Shown here piece by piece: positions 38,052 through 48,395 of a DNA stretch of 49,081 nucleotides; the first letter of the stretch is position 1; every line of letters begins with the position of its first letter. The DNA is from Eubacteriales bacterium. GTDB lineage: Bacteria > Bacillota > Clostridia > Oscillospirales > CAG-272. The stretch is taken from positions 1-49,081 of the forward strand of contig JAZOCO010000043.1 in the NCBI GenBank assembly GCA_045596505.1, read 5' to 3'. The position numbers and the translations under genes were made by a program. Under the pieces are notes generated by a model. That model had not been told where the DNA came from, searched no databases, and saw nothing but the letters and a program-made list of their open reading frames with translations.

Positions 38052-38165
38052 AGCCCCCTCCTAACTTGAGATCTTATGTGCTTCACTTCTTTTTTATTTT
38101 AACATTTATTGAGAACGCTGTCAAGCGCCCTCGCGTCTAAATCGGGGTTTGCGCTTCCCTCAAGG

Positions 38166-38195
38166 CAAAAAGTCCACCCGCGGGTGGACTTTTTG
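38166..38195 (-). terminator. Intrinsic terminator
   Basis: CAAAAAGTCCACCCGCGGGTGGACTTTTTG palindrome after the DUF11 gene. Confidence 0.8.
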
Positions 38196-38205
38196 TGAAA
38201 AGATC

Positions 38206-39024
38206 TTAGACTGTTACAACACCGTTCACGGTGAGGATCGCAACAGCGCCTGCGGGCAGTGTGATGAGAGCGACGGGATCAAGGGTGAAAAGACCCGCCC
38301 CGCTGACCGTGTAGTCAGTGCCCGCCACAAGCGGTACGTCAGCGCCGTTTACCGTGAGCGTTGCCGACGTGAAGGAAAAGCCCTCGGGCAACTGATCGGT
38401 CAACTGATCAAGCACGATGGGTGCGCCGGAGTTATTGGTGATGACGAAGCGATAACTGATGGTGTCACCAACGCTTGCCGTTTCGGGCGCGTCCTTCACG
38501 ATCGTAAGGAGCGTGCGCGTGATAGTGGCTGTGTCGCTATCCGCGATGGTGGGACCCGTTTCGCTGCCCTCATTTGCGCCGCCCTGTGCGGTCGAAACGA
38601 TCTCATTATCGGTGGCACTTTCCACCACGGCAGCATAATTGATATACACGAAGCCGCCTGCGGGAATGGTGGTGTCAAGATCAAACGTGATGGGGGAATT
38701 CTCAGTGACGGTCACGGGCACGGCAGTAACGTCGCCGTTTGCAAACAAAAAGGCGGTGGCGCTCCCCGCGACATAGGAGAGTTCTCCGCCTGTGGCATTG
38801 ACCGCTACAAAGGGGTTGTACAGTGTGCCCGACCCCGTGTTGCGTAGCAAAACGGTATAAGAGATCGTGTCCCCCACGGCAAAGGTGGTGGGTGTGGCGG
38901 CGTGGCTGACCTCAATGCCGTAGCTAACGCTCACCTCGGTGGCGGTTATATTGGAAGTGAGGGATTGCTGCGTGCCCGCCTCAGGCGTGAAAAGCAGCGT
39001 TCCCTGATTGATAAGAGTTGCCAT
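38206..39024 (-). CDS. DUF11 (conserved repeat domain) protein
   Basis: Two VGDTISY-x-(V/F)-x3-N units; TDQLPEGFSF; no obvious signal peptide. Confidence 0.8.
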   Translation of the reverse strand: MATLINQGTLLFTPEAGTQQSLTSNITATEVSVSYGIEVSHAATPTTFAVGDTISYTVLLRNTGSGTLYNPFVAVNATGGELSYVAGSATAFLFANGDVTAVPVTVTENSPITFDLDTTIPAGGFVYINYAAVVESATDNEIVSTAQGGANEGSETGPTIADSDTATITRTLLTIVKDAPETASVGDTISYRFVITNNSGAPIVLDQLTDQLPEGFSFTSATLTVNGADVPLVAGTDYTVSGAGLFTLDPVALITLPAGAVAILTVNGVVTV

Positions 39025-39150
39025 TGTCATATTTCCTTTCTGCGGGGCTTCTCCCCGCATTAACAGGATATGACAAAAAGGGACGAACTGCGCGGCGGTT
39101 TTTTATATAAAAAGATCGCCGCAAAAAGCACGGCGATCCTTTTGTTTTCC

Positions 39151-39768
39151 TTATTTCTTGGCGATCTCCTCAAGGAGCTTGGTCTGGCGCTCGACGCTGG
39201 CATAGAATGCGGCGAGTGCCTCCTCCTTTGCCTTTGCCTCGGCGGCAGCGACTTCAGCTTTTGCCTTTTCCTCCGCCTTCTTCTTTGCCTCGGCTTCAGC
39301 TGCGGCGGCAAGCTCCTTGGCTCTGAGGCGCTTCGAAATGCCCGTGATCACACGCACGGCAACGAAAATGCTGACGGCGATGATAAAGAAGTTGATGATG
39401 GTCTGGATCCATTCGCCCCACAAAATCGCCACCTCGGGAGTGGTGACCTTGCCTGCGTCGTTTACGACCTCCGCCTTCAGCACGGTCTTCCATCCGTCAA
39501 GGCTGACGCCCCCCGTCATCAGTGCGATAACGGGATTGATGATCATTTTTACAAGGCCGTTTACGATAGCGCTGAACGCCGAGCCGATCACAACACCGAC
39601 TGCCATATCCATCACGTTGCCCTTGGTGATGAACTTCTTAAAATCCTTCAAAAATCCGTCCTTTTTTGCTTTTAACTCCTTTTTCATTTGCTTTTTCCTT
39701 TCTTTTTTCATATTTTCCTCGCCCGCCACTCTGCGAGCGTTTATGACCTCCATATCTTCCCTTCCCAT
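39151..39768 (-). CDS. mscL: Large-conductance mechanosensitive channel
   Basis: DFKKFITKGNVMDMAVGVVIGSAF and INFFIIA; extended termini. Confidence 0.93.
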   Translation of the reverse strand: MGREDMEVINARRVAGEENMKKERKKQMKKELKAKKDGFLKDFKKFITKGNVMDMAVGVVIGSAFSAIVNGLVKMIINPVIALMTGGVSLDGWKTVLKAEVVNDAGKVTTPEVAILWGEWIQTIINFFIIAVSIFVAVRVITGISKRLRAKELAAAAEAEAKKKAEEKAKAEVAAAEAKAKEEALAAFYASVERQTKLLEEIAKK

Positions 39769-39913
39769 ACTGTCCTCCAAAGCATATTATAGCTTGACTA
39801 TACCACCCTTTTGTCGTTTTGTCAAGGGAAACGGCGAATTTTGGGCAGGTAAGGAGCAAAAAGCGACCGCCTCGACAAGGGAGGCAGTCGCTTTTGAGTA
39901 TAACTGCTAAATG

Positions 39914-40942
39914 TTAGATAAGCTCGGCGATATCCAGCACAAGGTGCTCGGTCCTTTCCCAGCCAAGGCAAGGATCGGTGATGGATTTACCAAACACCCC
40001 TTCCCCGATCTTCTGGCAGCCGTCCACAAGATAGCTCTCGATCATAAAGCCCTTGGTGAGCGCGCTGATCTCGGCGTTATGGCGGCAGGAATGCAGGACC
40101 TCCTTGCAAATACGGGGCTGCTCGTCGAATTTCTTGCCCGAATTTGCGTGGTTGCAGTCCACCACAAGGGCAGGATTGCTAAGCCCCGCCTTAGCGAACA
40201 GCTCCGAGAGATGCGCAAGATCCTCATAATGATAATTCGGCAGGCTTTGCCCATGACGGTTGACGTATCCGCGCAAAATGGCGTGTGCCAAGGGATTGCC
40301 TTCCGTTGAGATCTCCCAGTTGCGGTACTGGAACACGTGGGGGTGCTGTGCGGCGGTGATGGAATTCATCATGACCGTAAGGTCGCCTCCTGTGGGGTTT
40401 TTCATACCAACGGGCACGTCCATACCGCTTGCCACCAAGCGGTGCTCCTGATTTTCCACCGAGCGCGCGCCTACGGCGACGTAGGACAAGAGATCGGAAA
40501 GATATTGATAATTGGCAGGATACAGCATCTCATCGGCGGTGGGTAGCCCCATATCGGTAAGAATGCGGGTGTGCAGCTCGCGAATGGCGAGCAAGCCACT
40601 GTAAAGATCGGGCTTTTTTGTGGGATCGGGCTGGTGGAGCATACCTTTGTATCCATCGCCCGTGGTGCGCGGCTTATTGGTATACACGCGCATGACCAGC
40701 ATCAGCTTATCCGCCACCTTTTCCTGCAAACGCGCAAGGCGCGCGGCATATTCAAGAACAGGTGGCTCGCTATCCACCGAGCAAGGGCCGATCAGCAGCA
40801 CCTTTTTGCTGCTTTTACCCGAAAATATGTCGGCAAGCTCGGCATCGTGTGCCGCCTTGGTAGCCAGCGCCCTTGCGCCCACAGGATATTTTGCCTTGAC
40901 CTCCTCGGGCGTGGGCAGCTCGTGTACAAATTTCATTGACAT
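39914..40942 (-). CDS. DAHP synthase, class I-alpha (AroF/G/H-type)
   Basis: IGPCS, KPRT, VGARSVENQEHR, VGMKN, DCNHANS, KSITDPC. Confidence 0.95.
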   Translation of the reverse strand: MSMKFVHELPTPEEVKAKYPVGARALATKAAHDAELADIFSGKSSKKVLLIGPCSVDSEPPVLEYAARLARLQEKVADKLMLVMRVYTNKPRTTGDGYKGMLHQPDPTKKPDLYSGLLAIRELHTRILTDMGLPTADEMLYPANYQYLSDLLSYVAVGARSVENQEHRLVASGMDVPVGMKNPTGGDLTVMMNSITAAQHPHVFQYRNWEISTEGNPLAHAILRGYVNRHGQSLPNYHYEDLAHLSELFAKAGLSNPALVVDCNHANSGKKFDEQPRICKEVLHSCRHNAEISALTKGFMIESYLVDGCQKIGEGVFGKSITDPCLGWERTEHLVLDIAELI

Positions 40943-40986
40943 AAAAATCACTCTTTTCTTTGGCGGAGTTAACGGACTTTTTCAAG

Positions 40987-41127
40987 GTTAGTGTGACAAA
41001 ATTTTTAACACCACTTGACAAGCGCCGTTTTATATGTTACACTTGTAAATGTTACAACCGTAACCGTTACGATTGTACCACCAAAAAATAGAAATGTCAA
41101 CTGCGCCTGCAGTTAGTGTGACAAAAT
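40987..41127. promoter_or_regulatory. Face-to-face promoters and candidate operators of the aro divergon
   Basis: Plus TTGACA-17-TACACT (41015-41043); minus TTGACA-17-TACAAT (41100-41072); palindrome GTTAC-aacc-GTAAC (41051-41064); 16-bp direct repeat at 40987 and 41112. Confidence 0.7.
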
Positions 41128-41141
41128 GGAGGTTTTTGTTC

Positions 41142-41702
41142 GTGTCAAAAGGAAGTGAATCCAACCGTCTTGCCAAGGAGTGCATCGTTACCGCCTTGGT
41201 TGAGCTGATGAAGGTCAGAGATTATGACAGTATTTCCATCACGGATATCGCCAAAAAAGCGGGCGTTTCGCGTATGGCTTACTACCGTAACTACATTTCA
41301 AAGGACGATATTCTAAATAAGTATATCGAAGAAGTGAGCGAAAGCATCCATGAGATGATCGCAAGGAGCAACAGCTCCGCCGTGCCCTACGACTACTTTC
41401 TCGCGCTCTTTGAGCAGCTCGGGAAATACAGCGATCTTGCTATTGTTGCCTACCGCGCACACCTTGGCGAGCTGATCCTCACCGCGCTGATCAAAAATAT
41501 GTTTATTACCTTTCCGCCCCCAAATGACAGCGCCGCTGAGCGATATCACCGCTATTTCCTTGCGGGCGCGTTTTATAATGTATTTATCGAATGGCTGAAG
41601 GGGGGGCTTCATGAATCCCCCGCCGATATGGCAAGGATCTGTGCGGATATGGCGACCAAGGGATGCCCCACGCCCTTTGACGAGGTGCAGAAAAATGTCT
41701 GA
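41142..41702 (+). CDS. TetR/AcrR family regulator
   Basis: ISITDIAKKAGVSRMAYYRNY HTH; GGAGG RBS before GTG. Confidence 0.92.
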   Translation: MSKGSESNRLAKECIVTALVELMKVRDYDSISITDIAKKAGVSRMAYYRNYISKDDILNKYIEEVSESIHEMIARSNSSAVPYDYFLALFEQLGKYSDLAIVAYRAHLGELILTALIKNMFITFPPPNDSAAERYHRYFLAGAFYNVFIEWLKGGLHESPADMARICADMATKGCPTPFDEVQKNV

Positions 41703-42558
41703 CAAAAAGCTGACAGTTGGCATTGTGGGGCTTGGTCTTATTGGCGGCTCTATGGCGCGCACCTACGCAGCGGCAGGACACACGGTGCTGGCTGCCGACA
41801 CGAACGCCGTCACCCTCGGGGAAGCGATGGACGACAGGGTGGCTTCGGGCGAGCTTGACCGCAACACTGCACGTGACTGTGACCTTATCCTGCTTGCCGT
41901 TTACCCCAAGGCAGCTATTGCAAAATTAGAGGAATTGGCTGACGTGATCCCGAGGGGCACGCTGGTGATGGATCTGTGCGGCACAAAGCGGGACGTGTGC
42001 GCCGCGTGCTTTGCGATAGCCGCGCGGCACGGCTTCTCCTTTGTTGGCGGGCATCCGATGGCGGGCACGCAATTTTCGGGCTACTGCAACAGCCGCGTGG
42101 GGCTTTTTCGGGGCGCACCGATGGTGATCGTTTTACCCGATGAAAATGACAAGGCGCTTTTCGAGAAAGCGAAGCGTCTGCTTGCGCCCCTTGAGTTTGG
42201 CACGTATGCCGCCACCACAGCCGAGGCACACGACCGCGTGATCGCCTTTACCTCACAGTTGGCGCACGTGGTATCGAATGCCTACGTGAAAAGCCCGCGG
42301 GCACAGATCCACCACGGATTTTCGGCAGGCTCTTACCGCGATCTCACACGTGTGGCGTGGCTAAATGAGCACATGTGGTGCGAGTTATTTCTTGAAAACC
42401 GCGATTTCCTCACCGAGGAGATCGACCATATCATAAAAGCGCTTGGCGCTTACAAAACGGCACTCTCAGAAAACGATGCCGACACCCTGACTGCTCTTTT
42501 GCGTGAGGGGCGGATCGCCAAGGAAAATGCCGATAAGGACGGAGATGATATCCTGTGA
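41695..42558 (+). CDS. tyrA: Prephenate dehydrogenase
   Basis: GLGLIGGS, GGHPMAG, HDRVIAFTSQLAH, DLTRVA. Confidence 0.93.
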   Translation: MSDKKLTVGIVGLGLIGGSMARTYAAAGHTVLAADTNAVTLGEAMDDRVASGELDRNTARDCDLILLAVYPKAAIAKLEELADVIPRGTLVMDLCGTKRDVCAACFAIAARHGFSFVGGHPMAGTQFSGYCNSRVGLFRGAPMVIVLPDENDKALFEKAKRLLAPLEFGTYAATTAEAHDRVIAFTSQLAHVVSNAYVKSPRAQIHHGFSAGSYRDLTRVAWLNEHMWCELFLENRDFLTEEIDHIIKALGAYKTALSENDADTLTALLREGRIAKENADKDGDDIL

Positions 42559-43616
42559 AATCCATACCTGTTAATGCTTCAAAAGCCTATGAGGTGCTGG
42601 TGGGCAGTGACTTGCTGCGCACAGCAGGCGAACGCCTTAGTACCCTGCTCCCCGCAGCGCGGCGCGTGATGCTTGTCAGCGATGACACTGTGTTCTCCCT
42701 TTACGGCGACGCGGCAACAAAATCGCTTACCGAGGCGGGATTCTGTGTAAAAGCCTTTGTTTTCCCGCACGGCGAGGCATCAAAATCCACTGACACACTG
42801 GTCGCCCTTTGGAATGCAATGGCAAAAGCAGAGCTTACCCGCACGGACTGCGCGGTGGCGCTTGGCGGCGGGGTGGTGGGCGACCTTACGGGCTTTGCCG
42901 CCGCAACCTTTTTGCGCGGGATCGCTTGCTATCAAATTCCCACAACGCTCCTTGCCATGGTAGATTCCTCCGTTGGCGGAAAAACGGCTGTGGATCTTAG
43001 CGCGGGCAAGAACCTTTGCGGTGCATTTTCTCAGCCCGTTGGCGTCCTTTGCGACACGGACGTGCTAAAAACCCTGCCCGACGATATCTATAAGGACGGG
43101 TGCGCAGAGGTGATCAAATACGGCTATCTTGGCGATGCCGACCTGCTCTTGATGCTGGAAAACGATTTTAAAAGCGACCCCTCGGAAGTGATCGCGCGCT
43201 GCATTGCTGACAAGCGCGACGTGGTTGAGGCGGATGAGTTAGATAACGGCAAGCGCCAGCTCTTAAACCTTGGTCACACGGGGGGACACGCAGTAGAGCA
43301 CCTTTCGGGCTTTTCGATCTCACACGGCAGTGCCGTTGCCATTGGTATGCTACTGGCGGCAAGGGCATCTGTTGCCATCGGCTGTTGCACGCCTGACGTG
43401 CCGACGCATATGGAAGCGATGCTGAAAAAATACCGTTTGCCGACAAATTGTCCTTACCCCGCCACAGCGCTTGCCAAGGTGGCGCTATCCGATAAAAAGC
43501 GGCGCGGTGGCACGATCACCCTGGTTTTACCAAAAAGCCTTGGGGAAAGTGTGCTTTATCCCCTGCCGACCAAGGAGCTTGCCTCTCTCTTTCTTGCAGG
43601 AGGTGCGCCCAAATGA
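42555..43616 (+). CDS. aroB: 3-dehydroquinate synthase
   Basis: GGGVVGDL, PTTLLAMVDSSVGGKT, LNLGHT, HGSAVAIG. Confidence 0.96.
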   Translation: MKSIPVNASKAYEVLVGSDLLRTAGERLSTLLPAARRVMLVSDDTVFSLYGDAATKSLTEAGFCVKAFVFPHGEASKSTDTLVALWNAMAKAELTRTDCAVALGGGVVGDLTGFAAATFLRGIACYQIPTTLLAMVDSSVGGKTAVDLSAGKNLCGAFSQPVGVLCDTDVLKTLPDDIYKDGCAEVIKYGYLGDADLLLMLENDFKSDPSEVIARCIADKRDVVEADELDNGKRQLLNLGHTGGHAVEHLSGFSISHGSAVAIGMLLAARASVAIGCCTPDVPTHMEAMLKKYRLPTNCPYPATALAKVALSDKKRRGGTITLVLPKSLGESVLYPLPTKELASLFLAGGAPK

Positions 43617-44875
43617 AGATCGTATTACAGCGCCCCGCTTATGCAGATGAGCTGACGGCGCCCACCTCGAAATCCGCCGCACACCGCGCCCTGATCGCGG
43701 CGGCGTTTGCCGATAAAAAAACAGAGCTTGTGCTACGCACGAGCTGCGAGGACATTGAGGCGACAGTACGGTGTCTTGCGGCGCTTGGTGTTGGTATTGA
43801 GAGAACAAACGAGGGATTGACCGTTACGCCCATAACACGGGACAAGGTACTAGAAAACGCGGTGCTTGATTGCGGCGAATCCGGCTCAACGCTCCGTTTC
43901 CTTCTGCCCGTTTGCGCGGCTCTTGGCGCTGACGCCACGTTTTTGCGGCGCGGCAGGCTTCCCCAGCGTCCGCTTTCTCCCTTAAAGGAGGAGCTTGAGG
44001 CGCACGGGCTTACCGTTTGGGAGGACGGCACGACGCTAAAAACAAGCGGCAGCATCTCAAGCGGCGAATACCGCATTGCCGCAAACGTTTCCTCACAGTA
44101 TATAACAGGGCTTCTGTTTGCCCTTTCTCTCTTAGATCTACCCTCTACGCTTACGTTGACGGGTACGGTGGAATCTGCACCCTATATCGATATGACCCTT
44201 GATACACTGGCTTGCTTTTTGGCAGCACCGAAAAAGGAAGCTGACCGTTTCCTTATTTCGGGAGCGTTTGAAACGCCGCTGCGCTCACCGAAAAAGCTCA
44301 CACCCGAGGGGGATTTTTCGGGTGCGGCATTCCCCTTGGCGCTTGGCGCCATCGGCACGCACGCCGTGACGGTAAAGGGATTGACCCTTCCCTCCCCCCA
44401 GGGTGACAGCGAGATCCTTTCGCTCCTTACACGGTTTGGTGCGAGAACAGAACGCAAAAGGGACAGCGTGACCGTTTTTCCCACCTCTCTTAAGGGTATT
44501 GATATTGATGCGCGGCAGATCCCCGATCTTGTGCCGATCCTTGCCGTGATCGCAGCGGCGGCAGAGGGCACAACGCGCATCACGGGCGCGGAGCGTTTGC
44601 GCCTTAAGGAAAGCGACCGCCTTGCCGCAACCACCGCTTTTTTAAGCACCCTTGGCGGGGATATCAAAGAAACACCCGATGGATTGGTGATCACGGGCGG
44701 CAAGCCGCTACACGGCGGCGCGGTGGACGTGTGCGGCGATCACCGCATTGCAATGAGCGCTGCCGTGGCGGCGTTGCTGACTGACGACCCCGTCGTGATC
44801 GACCACGCCGAGTGCGTACAAAAATCCTATCCGGACTTCTTTAGCGACGCCGTATTTGCCACGGCACAGGAGTAA
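43613..44875 (+). CDS. aroA: EPSP synthase
   Basis: SKSAAHR, CGESGSTLRF, SSQY, KESDR, DHRIAM. Confidence 0.96.
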   Translation: MKIVLQRPAYADELTAPTSKSAAHRALIAAAFADKKTELVLRTSCEDIEATVRCLAALGVGIERTNEGLTVTPITRDKVLENAVLDCGESGSTLRFLLPVCAALGADATFLRRGRLPQRPLSPLKEELEAHGLTVWEDGTTLKTSGSISSGEYRIAANVSSQYITGLLFALSLLDLPSTLTLTGTVESAPYIDMTLDTLACFLAAPKKEADRFLISGAFETPLRSPKKLTPEGDFSGAAFPLALGAIGTHAVTVKGLTLPSPQGDSEILSLLTRFGARTERKRDSVTVFPTSLKGIDIDARQIPDLVPILAVIAAAAEGTTRITGAERLRLKESDRLAATTAFLSTLGGDIKETPDGLVITGGKPLHGGAVDVCGDHRIAMSAAVAALLTDDPVVIDHAECVQKSYPDFFSDAVFATAQE

Positions 44876-44877
44876 TT

Positions 44878-45972
44878 ATGAAAAATACGTACGGCAACAA
44901 TATTTCCCTTTCCGTATTTGGTGGCTCACACGATGCCGAGATCGGCATGACGCTTCAAGGCTTCCCCTCGGGATTAAAGCTTGACACCGCGGCGCTACAC
45001 GCCCTGATGGCACGCCGCGCGCCCGGAAGCACCCCGCTTGGCACGCCGCGCCGCGAAAGCGACCTACCCATTTTTACACATGGGCTTGACAAGGATGGCG
45101 TGACAACGGGGGGCACGATCCGCGCGGTGATAAAAAACCAAAACACACGCTCCTCGGATTACAGCTTTATTTATGATACGCCCCGCCCGGGTCACGCTGA
45201 CCTGGTGGCTCTGAAAAAATACGGAACGGGTGTGGATCTTAGAGGCGGCGGACGCTTTTCGGGGCGTTTGACCGCACCGCTTTGCATTGCGGGCGCGATG
45301 TGCTTACAGTATTTAAAGGAGCGCGGAATACGCATCGGCGCACACATTGCTTCTGTGGGCAGTGTGAAGGATCAGCTTTTCGACCCCGTTTGCCCCGATA
45401 TTAGGCTATTTGACGAGCTGAAAAAGCGCCCTGTTGCGGTAATTGACAAGACAGCCGCCGAGGAGATGGCACGCGTGATCACAGATGCGCGCGCCGCAGG
45501 TGATTCTGTGGGCGGCACAGTAGAATGTGCCATAACGGGGCTACCAATGGCACTTGGCGAGCATATGTTTGATGGCGTTGAGGGCAGGCTCTCCTCCCTT
45601 TTATTTGCCATTCCCGCCGTAAAAGCCGTTGAATTTGGCGCGGGCTTTTCCCTTGGAGAAATGCACGGCAGCGAGAGCAACGACGCTTACGTAACGGACG
45701 GTATGACCATCACCACAAAAACAAACAATTGCGGGGGGATCCTTGGCGGTATGACCAACGGTATGCCCGTGATCTTTCGCATTGCTGTGAAGCCCACACC
45801 CTCTATTGCATGCGAGCAACAGACCGTTTCCCTTAAAGCCATGCAAAACACCACGATACGTGTGGGAGGGCGGCACGATCCTTGTATTTTACCCCGCGCC
45901 GTGCCCGTGGTGGAGGCGGTTGCCGCCATTGCGATCTTAGATCTTATGCTGGATAATGAGGAGTTACAATAG
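44878..45972 (+). CDS. aroC: Chorismate synthase
   Basis: PRPGHAD, GGGRFSGR, KPTPSI, GRHDPC. Confidence 0.96.
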   Translation: MKNTYGNNISLSVFGGSHDAEIGMTLQGFPSGLKLDTAALHALMARRAPGSTPLGTPRRESDLPIFTHGLDKDGVTTGGTIRAVIKNQNTRSSDYSFIYDTPRPGHADLVALKKYGTGVDLRGGGRFSGRLTAPLCIAGAMCLQYLKERGIRIGAHIASVGSVKDQLFDPVCPDIRLFDELKKRPVAVIDKTAAEEMARVITDARAAGDSVGGTVECAITGLPMALGEHMFDGVEGRLSSLLFAIPAVKAVEFGAGFSLGEMHGSESNDAYVTDGMTITTKTNNCGGILGGMTNGMPVIFRIAVKPTPSIACEQQTVSLKAMQNTTIRVGGRHDPCILPRAVPVVEAVAAIAILDLMLDNEELQ

Positions 45973-45975
45973 ACG

Positions 45976-47139
45976 ATGGAGAACAACGAAAAAAAGCCAC
46001 TTGACCTTGGCGAATTACGCCACGAGATCGACCGCATCGACAAAGAGCTTGTATCCCTTTTCTCATCACGTATGCGGGTATGTGCCGACGTTGCCGAATA
46101 TAAGCGCTTGGTCGGCATGGCGGTAACCGACCCCACGCGCGAGGCGGCACTGCTTGACCGCGTGGCGTCAATGTCCCCTGAGGAGACCGCCAGCTACACA
46201 CGCACACTTTACACGAGCATCCTTTCCCTATCCCGCGCCTATCAGCATACAAGGCTTGGCACGGAATCGGAGCTGATAAAGGCTATGAGGGAGGCGGCGG
46301 CGCGCACCCCAAAAGTGCTTAAAAGCAACGCCGCAGTTGCCTGTCAGGGCACGGCAGGGGCTTATTCCTGCAGGGCGGCACAAAAGCTTTTTGATGCCCC
46401 AAGCATCCGCCATTACGCGCAGTTCTCCGACGTTTTTGCCGCCATTGAGAGTGGCGAATGCCGCTACGGCGTTTTGCCTATTGAGAACAGCACGGCAGGG
46501 TCGGTGACCGAGATCTATGACCTGATGTCGAAGCACCGCTTTTATATCGTGCGTGCGGTACGGCTTAGCATTGATCACTGTTTACTTGCCAAACGGGGTG
46601 TAAAAATAGAGGATATTAAGGAGATCGTTTCTCACAGGCACGCCCTTGCGCAGTGCACTGATTTTCTTGCAAAGCATCCACATATCAAGGCGGTGGCAAT
46701 GGAAAACACCGCCGTTGCCGCACGTTATGCCGCGGGGGCGGGCGCGGGGGTTGCCGCAATTGCAGGCGCTGACTGTGCCGCGCTTTACGACCTTGACATT
46801 ATTGAGAAAGGGATCTGTGACAGCAAAAACAACTGCACCCGCTTTATCTGCATTTCCAAGGACCCCGAGATCTATGAGGGAGCTGACAAGACCAGCCTGA
46901 TCCTCACCATTCCCCACAAGCCCGGCTCGCTCTCCCGCATTCTCACGCGCTTTGATGCACTTTCCATCAATCTTACAAAGCTGGAATCTCGCCCGATCCC
47001 TCAGCGTGATTTTGAATTCCGCTTTTACTTTGATCTTTCAGCTCCCTTCACCGCCCCCGCGCTTTGCCATCTGCTTTCCGAGCTTTCGGGAGAGGTAGAG
47101 GATTTCCGTTATCTCGGCACGTACAGCGAGATAGAATAG
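45976..47139 (+). CDS. pheA: Bifunctional chorismate mutase/prephenate dehydratase
   Basis: LRHEIDRID CM domain; PIENS and TRF motifs; ACT domain LTKLESRP. Confidence 0.94.
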   Translation: MENNEKKPLDLGELRHEIDRIDKELVSLFSSRMRVCADVAEYKRLVGMAVTDPTREAALLDRVASMSPEETASYTRTLYTSILSLSRAYQHTRLGTESELIKAMREAAARTPKVLKSNAAVACQGTAGAYSCRAAQKLFDAPSIRHYAQFSDVFAAIESGECRYGVLPIENSTAGSVTEIYDLMSKHRFYIVRAVRLSIDHCLLAKRGVKIEDIKEIVSHRHALAQCTDFLAKHPHIKAVAMENTAVAARYAAGAGAGVAAIAGADCAALYDLDIIEKGICDSKNNCTRFICISKDPEIYEGADKTSLILTIPHKPGSLSRILTRFDALSINLTKLESRPIPQRDFEFRFYFDLSAPFTAPALCHLLSELSGEVEDFRYLGTYSEIE

Positions 47140-47147
47140 AGGCACGT

Positions 47148-48395
47148 ATGGCAAACGATCCAACTAACAAGCGACTGCGGACAGGGCTGATCGGAGAGCA
47201 TCTGTCTCACAGCTATTCCCCTGAGATCCACGCCGCACTCGGCGATCGCGACTACCGCCTTTTTGAGCTGCCCGCCGAGAGTGTAGGCGACTTTCTCAAC
47301 TCCCGCGAATTTGACGCACTGAACGTCACGATCCCCTACAAGCAGGACGTGATCCCCTATCTTGACCGCTTATCCGACACGGCAAAAAAAATAGGCGCTG
47401 TCAATACCATCGTGCGTGAGGCAGACGGCACGCTTTCGGGATACAACACCGATTATGACGGACTTTCCCAGATGATAACCGATCTTGGCGTATCTCTTAA
47501 AGGCAAAAAGGTACTGGTGCTTGGCTCGGGTGGCGCCTCTAAAACGGCGGTTGCCGTTGCAACGGATATGGGCGCCTCTTTAGTGATCGTGATCTCACGA
47601 AAGGGCGAGGATAACTACCAAAACCTTGGAAAGCACGAGGATGCCGCGATCCTCATAAACACCACGCCTGTGGGTATGTATCCCAATAATGGCGCGGCGC
47701 CCCTGTCTCTTGATCGATTCCCCCACCTTGAGGCAGTTTTTGACCTCATCTACAACCCCTTGCGTACCGCGCTCCTACAGGACGCCGAGGCTCGTGGGAT
47801 CCCGCACCAAAATGGGCTTTTGATGCTGGTATCACAGGCACGACGCGCGCGAGAGCTTTTCACAGGAAAAGCCATTCCAAAAAGGAAATGCAGGGAGATC
47901 ACCGATTTGATCACGCAAAACACCGAAAATATTATTCTTATCGGGATGCCCGGTTGCGGCAAGACCACACTTGGCAAGCGCTTGGCAAAGGAGCTTAGGC
48001 GTCCCTTTATTGATGCAGACGAAGCACTGACCCTTGCCGCAGGGTGCGCCATCCCCGAAATTTTTAAAAGCGAGGGTGAAGCGGGCTTTCGCGCAAGGGA
48101 AAGCAGGGTCCTCTTTGAGCTTTGCCGCGAAAAGGGGCGTGTGATCGCCACAGGCGGCGGGTGCATAACGGTTGCAGAAAACTATAAAGCCCTGCACCAA
48201 AACGGTAGGATCGTGTTTCTTGACACACCCCCAGAGGGGCTTGCCGTTGACGGCAGACCCCTTTCCCTTGCGCGCTCACCCGAGGCGCTGTATCGCGAGC
48301 GCCTGCCGCTTTACCGCAAATTTGCAGACGTGACCGTTCACATTACAAGAGACGTGGAGGAAAATCTAAAACGCATCAAGGAGGCACTGAAATGA
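47148..48395 (+). CDS. aroE: Shikimate dehydrogenase-shikimate kinase fusion (AroE-AroK)
   Basis: HSYSP, NVTIPYK, GAVNT, NTD, then GMPGCGKTT, FRARE, ATGGG. Confidence 0.93.
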   Translation: MANDPTNKRLRTGLIGEHLSHSYSPEIHAALGDRDYRLFELPAESVGDFLNSREFDALNVTIPYKQDVIPYLDRLSDTAKKIGAVNTIVREADGTLSGYNTDYDGLSQMITDLGVSLKGKKVLVLGSGGASKTAVAVATDMGASLVIVISRKGEDNYQNLGKHEDAAILINTTPVGMYPNNGAAPLSLDRFPHLEAVFDLIYNPLRTALLQDAEARGIPHQNGLLMLVSQARRARELFTGKAIPKRKCREITDLITQNTENIILIGMPGCGKTTLGKRLAKELRRPFIDADEALTLAAGCAIPEIFKSEGEAGFRARESRVLFELCREKGRVIATGGGCITVAENYKALHQNGRIVFLDTPPEGLAVDGRPLSLARSPEALYRERLPLYRKFADVTVHITRDVEENLKRIKEALK

